This document shows, in pieces, positions 39,844-48,287 of a stretch of DNA of 64,000 nucleotides. The position numbers and the translations under genes are program-made. The stretch is taken from positions 1,689-65,688 of the forward strand of contig CAYYOI010000001.1 of NCBI GenBank assembly GCA_964473285.1, written 5' to 3'. How positions within the stretch are numbered: position 1 is the first letter of the stretch; each line of letters begins with the position of its first letter. The notes beneath the pieces were generated by a model that was not told the origin of the DNA, did not search any database, and worked only from the letters and a program-made list of their open reading frames with translations. This DNA comes from an uncultured Methanosarcinales archaeon (GTDB lineage Archaea > Nanobdellota > Nanobdellia > Woesearchaeales > JACJVW01).

Positions 39844-40272
39844 TCAAGTCTTCCTTAAGTGTGCAGATTTTTTGTTTTTGATGCCTGGAGTATTTTTTTG
39901 ATCTTCAAGCATTTTCTGAAGTTTCTTCTTGTCTTCAGCAAACATATTTACCAGGTACACGTTGTTTCTTGGTTTGCCTCCTGGCGTTATGTCTGTTTCG
40001 AACTTGTAAGGTTGTGTTTTTAGCATAGCAAAGCACCACAATGCGTAAGTTACTTGATGAGGATCTATCTTTGTCGCTTTTGAAATTCTGTTTGGACTGT
40101 ACCCTTGAGGTTTCTTGTTGTTCAATCTTGCTTCAATGTATTTCTCTTTAAGAAAGTCATAGACTGCAAAAGCATTTTTCTTTGATTTCTCTTGTACCCA
40201 CCAGTGACTTTCATTGAAGTAGAAAGGCACTTTGTTTGGAAGTTTTTCTTTGTTTTTGATGCTGAAACTCAT
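39844..40272 (-). CDS. Hypothetical protein
   Basis: ORF only. Confidence 0.35.
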   Translation of the reverse strand: MSFSIKNKEKLPNKVPFYFNESHWWVQEKSKKNAFAVYDFLKEKYIEARLNNKKPQGYSPNRISKATKIDPHQVTYALWCFAMLKTQPYKFETDITPGGKPRNNVYLVNMFAEDKKKLQKMLEDQKNTPGIKNKKSAHLRKT

Positions 40273-40274
40273 CT

Positions 40275-40739
40275 TTATGCCTCCAATACTTCTCTTACAA
40301 ATTCTTTGTTTAGTGCGATTAGTCTTCTTTTGCCAAATTTGTGAAGCTTGATTATTTCGCTGTCTTGCAATCCTTGAATTGCTCGTTCAAGAATTTGATC
40401 AGTCTTCAATAGTGGAAGTTTCTTTAAGAACTCTTCTTCAAACAGTATTCCTTCGTTTGCTAAGAGTTCTTTAAACAAGATCCATTCGTATTGATCATAA
40501 ATTGTGAGCATGTCATCAGGTTTGAAATGATTCAGAACCACTTCTGAAATGATCTGACGTTGTGCAATCACATCTAATTCTATCAAGAATGATTCGAACT
40601 CATCAGGAACTTCTCGCTCCCATTCAATCTCTTTTCCATCAAGGTACTCTGGCTTTGTCAATCCCATAAAAGTTTTGAATGTTTCAATTAGTTGCATTAT
40701 TATCATCCTCCTTTTCATCCTTAATAGTGTTAGATTCAA
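40275..40739 (-). CDS. Hypothetical protein
   Basis: ORF only. Confidence 0.35.
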   Translation of the reverse strand: MNLTLLRMKRRMIIMQLIETFKTFMGLTKPEYLDGKEIEWEREVPDEFESFLIELDVIAQRQIISEVVLNHFKPDDMLTIYDQYEWILFKELLANEGILFEEEFLKKLPLLKTDQILERAIQGLQDSEIIKLHKFGKRRLIALNKEFVREVLEA

Positions 40740-40921
40740 GTACGATAATGTTTACTTTTGCATCAGTTAATGCAGCTAATCTCGCATTCCTCACACTATA
40801 ATCAACAAAGAACTTAGTAACAACTCCTTCAATTCCTAAAGCTTCAGCTATTTCAGAGATCCTGACTTCATGTCTGACTTCTTGAGTTGCTCTCGTATTC
40901 ATTTTTGTTCTAACACTTTAT

Positions 40922-41146
40922 TTATACTGCCTCTTCTGAGACAGTTTCTTCAGTCACTGTTGATGTTGCTTTCTTCTTGTTCTTCCATAAAACGCCAACA
41001 TCACGTAACTTATCATTGATGTTCACAAATACTTTGAAGTGTGGTTGATTGCCTTCTCTGTTTTCATTTGGTAAAATCAAAATCTCTTTTTCTCCCAAAA
41101 CTCCAAAGTTCATGTTTCCTTTCAGATACTCTTCTCCTTCTTGCAT
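40922..41146 (-). CDS. Small hypothetical protein
   Basis: ORF only. It sits upstream of the primase-MCM gene in the same orientation. Confidence 0.3.
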   Translation of the reverse strand: MQEGEEYLKGNMNFGVLGEKEILILPNENREGNQPHFKVFVNINDKLRDVGVLWKNKKKATSTVTEETVSEEAV

Positions 41147-41182
41147 GTTTATCTCCTCCTTCCTTTTTGATTAAGGAATATA

Positions 41183-44100
41183 TCATTTCAAAACCTTCCA
41201 TTTTCCATGCTTAGGCTCAAAGATTTTTCCAATTTTAGATAATCTTGAGATCTCTCTTTCTACCTCTTCTTCGTTCATCTGACTTTTTTCTACAATTACT
41301 TCAAAAGGAGTGCCATCTCCAGGATCGTTTTTATTAATTATATCTGAAAAATCAAAAACACATTCTTCCTCAATAATTGCAAAACCCCTATCATTTATAC
41401 ATCTTAAAATCAATGCTTTTGCTTCATTCACATCCAATAAACTAGGTTTCTCTGCCAATCTTAACTTAGCACTTGCTTCTGTAAGTCTTATTACAGAAAG
41501 AATAAATCGAGAGAAGCTTTGTATGTGATTATGTTCAATAAAACTTCTTTGATTTTTACAAAACTGTCTTATTGAATTTTCTACATCTTCAGGTGTGGGT
41601 TTAAGCTCGTGCTTATTCAAAACATAATAAATATACTTTCTAAGAAAATCTTTATTTCCAATATTTTCTCCTTTATAATTATCGAGTATTTTGGAAATTA
41701 TTTTATCATCTTGTGGTTTTTCAGCCTTAAGTATTAAATCAAATCTATCAAATATGTGTTTATTTATGCCTAATGACTTATGATCTACTCGATCTCTTTC
41801 TTCTTTTATGTTTCCAGCACACAAAATCTTTGCGGGTGCTTTCATTTGTTGCTGTATGTTTGCTTTGCTTATCGTAACTGTCTTCTTTTCAAGAGGTTCT
41901 CCTAATTTATCTATGTCATCCTCTTTTGCTTTGTCTACTTCATCTATGAAACACAATCCTTGACCTGCTAAGACTACTGCTCCTGCATCTAGTGCCCACC
42001 CACCTAGAAATTCATCTCTTACTACAGATGCAGTTATTCCTACTGCTGAACTTTTTGTGGATTCAACAAATACTGATTTTGGTGCAATATCGCATGCTTC
42101 TAGTGCTAAATGAGATTTGCCAAGTCCCCAACCTCCAAATATGTAAATATTTAATGATTTTCTAGTGTTAATATTTTTATTGATGTTTTCATTAGTTACC
42201 AACTGCAATAATAATGCTTTTTTAATGTGAATATTTCCCTCAACGTGTGGTGCAAATATATTTGATAAATTGGTCAATACATCATTATTTTTTGAAAATG
42301 AAAAAATATCTTCCGTATCCTTTATCGAGAGATTAATTCTTCTATCGTCTATGGGGTATATGTTGTTTATGTCTAGAATAATTTCACTTTTTGTCAGCCT
42401 TTGTCCTGTTCTTGAAAATATTGGATCTTCTTTTATTATACCTATTGATCTAACTCTATTTCCTGCTTGTAATATTATTTGATCATTACATAGATTTCCT
42501 CTAATTAAAGCATGTATTTTTTTTACTTCTATTAGATTAGTATTAGATGAGATGTCTTCAATAATTAATGACTGTACATCAATCATCTCTTTATTTATTA
42601 AATGAAATTTTCCTTTTCTTCCACAAGCACACATAGATGGTTCTTTGAATTTCTTATCTAATTGAAGTACATTTATTATGTTGCCACAACTAGGACATTC
42701 AAATTTGGCAGAGGTTGTTTGTGGTCTTACATCTGATTTTTGCCTGATTGTACCATCTATATAGCACAATTTTCCAATATGTTTAGTTCGGATGTTGCCG
42801 ATAAAGAGTTCAGAGGAATTAGGCAAATCACTAAATCTAAAAGGAATATCCTTTCTCTCTTTATCTATTAATTCTACAGACATTTGAAATATCTTTAACA
42901 TCTCTTCAGGATTATCTAATAAGGCATCTGCTAATTCAGGACTATATCTATAAAAATCCTTAAAATTAATTATAACAGAATCTTCTTTTTTTCCATTATA
43001 AAGAAGATTGTTTTCTTCCAAAAACTCTTTTATAAGATTAATTCTTTCTCCAATCTCATAATGTTTATATTTGGTTTTTTGTTCTTGTTCTTCTTTTTGT
43101 TTTAAATCAGAAATTATTATATTTACCTCTTTCTCCCCTTCATTTGTTAAACCCCAAATATCAACATTATTAACTCCTTGAGATTTAATTTCTATTAATT
43201 CTTCAGAAGAAAGACCTGTGGATCGACCATTTCTTTTCCTTTCTATAGCTCTTGAAATAGTATTAAGTGGAAGATTTAATTTTTTTGAAATATCAGATAT
43301 TGATAATTCTGATTCATATAAACATAATAATATTTTTTCTTTAGTGGGTAAGTTGGGTAAGTTGGGTAAGTTGGGTAAGTTGGGTAAGTTGGGTAAGTTG
43401 GTAAGTGGGTAAGTATGTTTTAATTTATGGGTAACTTGCATATTTCCTGTTCTATCCTCAGAATTAGCCCGATTTGAAACATCAGGATACCCAAGATACC
43501 CATTTTTTGATTTTAATACATACTTTTTTTCTTTGAATATTTTTTCAATTTCTATTTTTTCAATTTTGGTTTTTTCATGGATATTTTGGATATAACTTTG
43601 TGAAGTTAATTCATCAGCATAAACTAGTAAATCAAGAATTTCTTTTATCTTAGAAGTTTTTTCAATTGGATCTGATGGAATTCTCTCGATTAATAAGTCA
43701 ATCAAATGTTTAGAATTAGTTAATAATTGATTCACTAATTCTTTTGCCTCATCAACACTTTTTTTTGCCACATATTCATTAATATCTATTTTGTCTTTAT
43801 TTTCTTCTTTTGGAAGTTCACATAAACGAATATTAGTCACTTTGTTTGTGAATAAGAATTTTGCAGTTTCTAAAGCACCTTCTTCTCCTGCTTTGTTGTC
43901 TTCGTTGTCGTTGATGATATAGACTTTTTTTAGGTTTTTAACTAGTTGTAATAGTTTTGCATGATCTTTTTTTCTAAATTGAACAGTGACTGGACTTATT
44001 GAGCTGAATCCTGATTGTATTAGGCTAATGCAGTCCGTAACTCCTTCTGTAATAATAGTATAATCTTTATTTAAGGTGTCTTCTCCATAGAAGTATTTGT

Positions 44101-44881
44101 TTTCAACAACTTTACTTATGTAAGGTCTTTTTTCATTTGGGCTGAATTGTTTTTTATACTTACTTTCTTCATATTTGTTATTTGGTGTGTTTTCTGTTTT
44201 TCTTGCAATAAACCTAACTACTTTGTTGTGTTTTAGGTAAGGATATATGATTCTACCTTTAAAAATAGGAATTATTGTATCTTGATATGCTGTAAAAAGT
44301 CCTGTTTTTAGTATATCTTCTCTTTGGTACTTGTTCAACAAATATGGGATTATTCTATTTTCCGTATCTGCATAGCCTATTAGAAGTCTATCAACTGTTT
44401 CATCAGTAAACCCTCTGATTCCTTTTTCAAACTCACGAATTGTATTACTTTTTATTTTATATTCATCAATATGTTTATGATAGAACTCTGCTATGTCTTT
44501 TTGAATATTAAAAACAAGCATTTCTTCTTCTTTTTCTTTTTTTAGTTCAGCAATCTTTTCCTTGCTTAGTTTTTTGAGTGGAACACCTGTCTTTTCAGAT
44601 AATATGTTTAAAGCTGTTGGGAAATCACAATTCTCACTAATCATGACAAGGTCAAAAATATCTCCTCCTTTACTTGCAGGACATCCTGCACTAAAACAAA
44701 TAAAGCCTTGATTGTCATAAGAAATGAAGCTATTTTTGTTCTTACTATTGTGAAACTTACACTCTCCTTGATATCGATCACCTAAGTGTTTCAGATGTAT
44801 TCCATAATCTGAAGCAAGATCTGAAATCTTTATCTTACTCTTGATTTCATTCTTTATCACTTCAAAATCAAAAGATTCCAT
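41183..44881 (-). CDS. Replication protein: a DnaG-type primase (zf-CHC2 + TOPRIM) fused through an (LPN)n linker and an HTH to an MCM-family AAA+ helicase
   Basis: zf-CHC2 'CKFHNSKNKNSFISYDNQGFICFSAGCPASKGGDIFDLV'. TOPRIM 'YTIITEGVTDCISL' and 'YIINDNEDNKAGEEG'. MCM zinc finger 'CPSCGN...CACGRKGKF'. Walker A 'IFGGWGLGKSH'. Walker B 'CFIDEVDKA'. MCM arginine-finger 'IFDRFDLIL'. Confidence 0.75.
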   Translation of the reverse strand: MESFDFEVIKNEIKSKIKISDLASDYGIHLKHLGDRYQGECKFHNSKNKNSFISYDNQGFICFSAGCPASKGGDIFDLVMISENCDFPTALNILSEKTGVPLKKLSKEKIAELKKEKEEEMLVFNIQKDIAEFYHKHIDEYKIKSNTIREFEKGIRGFTDETVDRLLIGYADTENRIIPYLLNKYQREDILKTGLFTAYQDTIIPIFKGRIIYPYLKHNKVVRFIARKTENTPNNKYEESKYKKQFSPNEKRPYISKVVENKYFYGEDTLNKDYTIITEGVTDCISLIQSGFSSISPVTVQFRKKDHAKLLQLVKNLKKVYIINDNEDNKAGEEGALETAKFLFTNKVTNIRLCELPKEENKDKIDINEYVAKKSVDEAKELVNQLLTNSKHLIDLLIERIPSDPIEKTSKIKEILDLLVYADELTSQSYIQNIHEKTKIEKIEIEKIFKEKKYVLKSKNGYLGYPDVSNRANSEDRTGNMQVTHKLKHTYPLTNLPNLPNLPNLPNLPNLPTKEKILLCLYESELSISDISKKLNLPLNTISRAIERKRNGRSTGLSSEELIEIKSQGVNNVDIWGLTNEGEKEVNIIISDLKQKEEQEQKTKYKHYEIGERINLIKEFLEENNLLYNGKKEDSVIINFKDFYRYSPELADALLDNPEEMLKIFQMSVELIDKERKDIPFRFSDLPNSSELFIGNIRTKHIGKLCYIDGTIRQKSDVRPQTTSAKFECPSCGNIINVLQLDKKFKEPSMCACGRKGKFHLINKEMIDVQSLIIEDISSNTNLIEVKKIHALIRGNLCNDQIILQAGNRVRSIGIIKEDPIFSRTGQRLTKSEIILDINNIYPIDDRRINLSIKDTEDIFSFSKNNDVLTNLSNIFAPHVEGNIHIKKALLLQLVTNENINKNINTRKSLNIYIFGGWGLGKSHLALEACDIAPKSVFVESTKSSAVGITASVVRDEFLGGWALDAGAVVLAGQGLCFIDEVDKAKEDDIDKLGEPLEKKTVTISKANIQQQMKAPAKILCAGNIKEERDRVDHKSLGINKHIFDRFDLILKAEKPQDDKIISKILDNYKGENIGNKDFLRKYIYYVLNKHELKPTPEDVENSIRQFCKNQRSFIEHNHIQSFSRFILSVIRLTEASAKLRLAEKPSLLDVNEAKALILRCINDRGFAIIEEECVFDFSDIINKNDPGDGTPFEVIVEKSQMNEEEVEREISRLSKIGKIFEPKHGKWKVLK
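43346..43414 (-). repeat. In-frame 9-nt tandem repeat encoding (LPN)n in the linker of the primase-MCM protein
   Basis: Plus strand 'gggtaagtt' x6 followed by degenerate units. Protein 'LTNLPNLPNLPNLPNLPNLPT'. Confidence 0.85.
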
Positions 44882-45081
44882 CAGAACTCACCTCTAATAG
44901 GATTTATAGTTAAGATTCCAGAAATAGATATGAGAATTTCTTGATCGAATTTATCTTTAATTGTTATTGACTCTTCAGAAATACTAATGATCATGCCAGT
45001 GTATCTGATCCTTGCATCTGGTTTTAGAAAGATTTTGACCTTAGTTCTTTCATTCATGTATTGTTTAAGTGTTTCTTTCAT
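44881..45081 (-). CDS. Small hypothetical protein
   Basis: ORF only. Its stop overlaps the primase-MCM start. Confidence 0.3.
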   Translation of the reverse strand: MKETLKQYMNERTKVKIFLKPDARIRYTGMIISISEESITIKDKFDQEILISISGILTINPIRGEF

Positions 45082-45111
45082 TCTTTCAATCGCCCCTTTT
45101 CAAATTGTTGT

Positions 45112-45339
45112 TTAACTTCCTAATGTTCTCAATCTATACTGATTGAGGTTGTGCTTGAAAGTTGCAGTCAGAGTATCTAATTCTCTAAGTAGCATACTTA
45201 AGCGTTCAAAATCATCGAATTTAGTGTGATCGCTTGTATTCTGCATTCTCCAAAGTAGTTTTCTCATCTCCTCATGCTTGTTTTTGCATGCGGTCGAGTA
45301 GTACCTGGATGCATCGTTATGATCTCTGAATTCTTTCAT
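45112..45339 (-). CDS. Small hypothetical protein
   Basis: ORF only. Confidence 0.3.
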   Translation of the reverse strand: MKEFRDHNDASRYYSTACKNKHEEMRKLLWRMQNTSDHTKFDDFERLSMLLRELDTLTATFKHNLNQYRLRTLGS

Positions 45340-45625
45340 TTTGATTTCTCTTTGATTTGATTAAATGGAGATTTGCCTGGAAATGAGGATTGCAACCCCA
45401 GGTAATCTCCAAATAACAACAAAAACAATGAAAATGAGTTTTGCCTACAATGGCTATTTTCTCACGACACCTTTGAGCCAATTCTTTGCAGTTCTGTTTG
45501 ATTCTGGTCGATTTTCTATGTCCCAGTGCCTCTTCCTACAAAGATCGCTACAAAATCTTGCAGAAGCGTAATAATGCTCTGATATTTTTCCTCCACAAAA
45601 CCTGCATTTGTTAATGTTTGTCAAA

Positions 45626-45766
45626 TTATTTGACCTCCAATACTAATTTTGATCCTGATCTTTGGATGATCACACTCCTAGCATCACCCACCCAATCCAA
45701 AGGTAATTTTACGAATTTTGAATAACTACCGATTGTTTGGATTTTCTCGATAATTTCTTCATTCAT
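45626..45766 (-). CDS. 46-aa AbrB/MazE/SpoVT-like small protein. It is below the ORF-track size cutoff and was found by manual translation.
   Basis: Translation 'MNEEIIEKIQTIGSYSKFVKLPLDWVGDARSVIIQRSGSKLVLEVK'. The ATG overlaps the stop of the RHH gene (ATGA-type coupling). Confidence 0.4.
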   Translation of the reverse strand: MNEEIIEKIQTIGSYSKFVKLPLDWVGDARSVIIQRSGSKLVLEVK

Positions 45767-45962
45767 GATTTGCAACCTCTTTTCTTTCGAGCAAATCTTT
45801 AATCTCGTTTAATCTTTGAATTACCAGGAGTTGATTGTCTAGAAGCCTTGATCTGGAAAAATCTGAGACTGAACCATATCCGAGCATACCAGCTATTTGC
45901 TCAATTTTTTCCTTTTCTTCTTTGCTCACTCGAATCCGAATGAGATGATTTTTAGGCTTCAT
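45759..45962 (-). CDS. Ribbon-helix-helix (CopG/Arc/MetJ-like) protein
   Basis: 'IRIRVSKEEKEKIEQIAGMLGYGSVSDFSRSRLLD'. Confidence 0.6.
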   Translation of the reverse strand: MKPKNHLIRIRVSKEEKEKIEQIAGMLGYGSVSDFSRSRLLDNQLLVIQRLNEIKDLLERKEVANHE

Positions 45963-46173
45963 TTTGGCTCAAGTATCGTGTTAGGGCTTGACGACAGATT
46001 GTAGCTTGAGAGGTAAGACTAGCTTTTGCTAAAAGCTCTAATTTTTCTTTACAATTCTCATCAACTACAAACGTAATCACACGATTTTTATTCATAATAA
46101 ATAATTTCGAATAAGAGCATATAAAAAAATCGAGAAGAGAAAAAATAGATAGAACAAAAATACTCCAAACCAT
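45952..46173 (-). CDS. Ribbon-helix-helix-like small DNA-binding protein
   Basis: 'RVITFVVDENCKEKLELLAKASLTSQATICRQALTRYL'. Confidence 0.5.
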   Translation of the reverse strand: MVWSIFVLSIFSLLDFFICSYSKLFIMNKNRVITFVVDENCKEKLELLAKASLTSQATICRQALTRYLSQNEA

Positions 46174-46259
46174 TTCATAGAAAAAATATTATTCAGAAAT
46201 TACTTAAATCTTACAAAATATTACAAACATTTATATATGGGTGTATATCTAAACTAATT

Positions 46260-46877
46260 ATGAAAGATAAATACTTACCTTTACTTAGTATAGATGTTGC
46301 AATTATGTGTGGTGTTCTATCTTCTATAAATTCATCAGTATCTTCAGCCGGATGTAAAAGAGCAACTGTGATAAAATGGCTTCAGGAAGATGAAAATTTT
46401 AAATCTGTTTATCTTGATAGCAAAAAAACGAGACAGTCGCAAAAGAAAATTAAAGATGACTCATTTAGAGTGTATCTTTATGATAAAATAAATGCCTTTA
46501 TCAAAAATAATAAGGAATACTTTGAATTTCTTGACGATCAAATTCTTCCTAATTACCAAAATCTTTATGCAATATGTTTTGAAGATAAAAGAAAAAAAAC
46601 TAAGAAAACAATTGAGGAGTTGGAGAAACCAATTAGAGAACGGATGATAAAACTTTTGGAAAAACAGTTTGGTAACGAAGAACTAAGAAAAAAAGGCGAA
46701 CTAAAATATTATTCAAATAAACAAAATAAAGATTTTAACAACTACATATCATTTATAGACCGACAAAAATGTATTAGAAACTTAAAGAAGCTTAGACTAC
46801 TTCATGTGAAGGATCAAGAAGGGGTGGAGATAATAAAACAGACAATCAAGCTATTATCACCCAAACAGACAAAATAA
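46260..46877 (+). CDS. Hypothetical Lys-rich protein
   Basis: ORF only. Confidence 0.35.
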   Translation: MKDKYLPLLSIDVAIMCGVLSSINSSVSSAGCKRATVIKWLQEDENFKSVYLDSKKTRQSQKKIKDDSFRVYLYDKINAFIKNNKEYFEFLDDQILPNYQNLYAICFEDKRKKTKKTIEELEKPIRERMIKLLEKQFGNEELRKKGELKYYSNKQNKDFNNYISFIDRQKCIRNLKKLRLLHVKDQEGVEIIKQTIKLLSPKQTK

Positions 46878-47105
46878 AGGTAAATTTATTCCGGGTGTTC
46901 AACTAAACAAAGAAAATTATATAAAGAACCTACCACATAACAAAAAATAAGCATCCAAACAGAATACTGGTTTGGTGTCTTGATAACGTTCCGGGAATGC
47001 ATTAAATTTTCGGCATGTGTTTATAAAAAAACCTTTCAGAATTGATCGGAAATCTTTCGAACGAGAAGGCGTGAAACTTATAAATTTCGAGGATATAAGC
47101 GTTTT

Positions 47106-48287
47106 ATGTTCTTTGAAATTTTACTGGCAATCATCATCGGGGTGAATGCCGGGATAATCACAGGTCTTACACCGGGTATTCATGTGAACCTGGTTGCAAT
47201 TGTCTTGGTAGGGATGGTCCCAACACTTGGATTAGTTCCAGTAAATGCAGCAATGATAATCATCAGCTGCGCACTTACTCATACATTTATCGATTCAATC
47301 CCGTCAATCTACCTGGGAGCGCCTGATGCAGACCAGGCACTAGGTGCGTTGCCAGGCCACAGGCTTCTTTTACAAGGGCTGGGACACCATGCAGTGCTTT
47401 GCACAATATATGGAAGCTTATCTACCCTTATATTATCAGTTTTATTCTTTCCTTTCTTTGTCCAGAGTATGAGATTCATCTATCCTATAATTGAAGAACA
47501 TATAGAATACATACTGATGGCAGTTCTTGTTTTCATGGTCATGCGGGAGAAACATAAGATAAAGGTAATCAGCCTGATACTTGCTGCAGGACTTACAGGG
47601 ATGCTGGTCTTTGAGCTGCCGCTTGCAAATCCTTTGTTCCACATGCTAAGTGGGCTTTTCGGGGTAAGCATACTTGCTGTGAGCCTGGCAGAAAAGGCAA
47701 AGATACCTTTGCAGTCAGAGGAGGAATTTTATCTTGAGAAAGGGAAAAAGGCTGTAACTGCTGCAACAGGTGTGGGTTTCTGCGCTGCATTTCTTCCAGG
47801 CCTTGGTTCAAGCCAGGCGGCAATAATGGCACAGAACATAGTAGGGGATATTGGGGACAAAGGTTTTTTGACTTTGGTTGGAGGGATAAACACAGCCAAC
47901 ATGGTCCTATCACTCTCCTCTGCTTATGTACTTGACAAGGCCAGAAACGGAGCGATAATAGGTGTGAGAGAATTGATAGGACAGGTCTCCTTTGAATACC
48001 TGTTATTATTCCTTTCCGTAATTCTTATTGTTGGGGGAATGGCTGCTATACTTGCTTCATACTTATCAAAGGTTTTCTCTTATCTAATACAGAAAATAGA
48101 TTATGCTACTGTTGTTATAGGTGTGATCACTATAATCTTAACATTATCATGGTGGTTTGATGGCCTATTGGGACTGATTGTGCTTTTGCATGGAACTGCA
48201 TTAGGAATTCTTGCAACAAAAGAAGAAATAGGGAAGCATCACCTTATGGGATGCCTCCTTATACCTGTAATATTCTATTTATCATGA
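47106..48287 (+). CDS. Polytopic membrane protein, possibly tripartite tricarboxylate transporter TctA-like (DUF112)
   Basis: About 10 TM helices. Gly/Pro motifs 'GIITGLTPGIH' and 'AFLPGLGSSQAAIMAQN'. Confidence 0.4.
   Translation: MFFEILLAIIIGVNAGIITGLTPGIHVNLVAIVLVGMVPTLGLVPVNAAMIIISCALTHTFIDSIPSIYLGAPDADQALGALPGHRLLLQGLGHHAVLCTIYGSLSTLILSVLFFPFFVQSMRFIYPIIEEHIEYILMAVLVFMVMREKHKIKVISLILAAGLTGMLVFELPLANPLFHMLSGLFGVSILAVSLAEKAKIPLQSEEEFYLEKGKKAVTAATGVGFCAAFLPGLGSSQAAIMAQNIVGDIGDKGFLTLVGGINTANMVLSLSSAYVLDKARNGAIIGVRELIGQVSFEYLLLFLSVILIVGGMAAILASYLSKVFSYLIQKIDYATVVIGVITIILTLSWWFDGLLGLIVLLHGTALGILATKEEIGKHHLMGCLLIPVIFYLS

Larger units (their letters stand above)
31486..47105. mobile_element. 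Integrated plasmid/provirus-like element with approximate boundaries. It carries a tyrosine integrase, a serine recombinase, a DnaG-primase::MCM replicase, RHH/AbrB regulators and a surface-protein cargo gene.
   Basis: Gene content. Markedly AT-richer coding sequence than flanking genes. A relic/duplicated 5' fragment of the flanking TctA-like gene lies at the left end. Confidence 0.65.

Noticed and set aside
40684-40902. 72-aa minus-strand ORF overlapping the end of gene 40275..40739 by about 55 nt.
   Set aside because: The long overlap and lack of recognisable motifs make it uncertain. It was left unannotated as a feature, though it could be a genuine small element protein.
43218-43412. 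Plus-strand ORF encoding 'GKLGKLGKLGKL'.
   Set aside because: It is the antisense reading of the (LPN)n repeat inside the primase-MCM gene, not an independent gene.
45365-45571. Plus-strand 68-aa ORF in the element's regulatory cluster.
   Set aside because: It overlaps the candidate minus-strand zinc-ribbon ORF. All flanking genes are on the minus strand with coupled starts and stops. I judged the plus-strand ORF the less likely of the two, but neither is secure.
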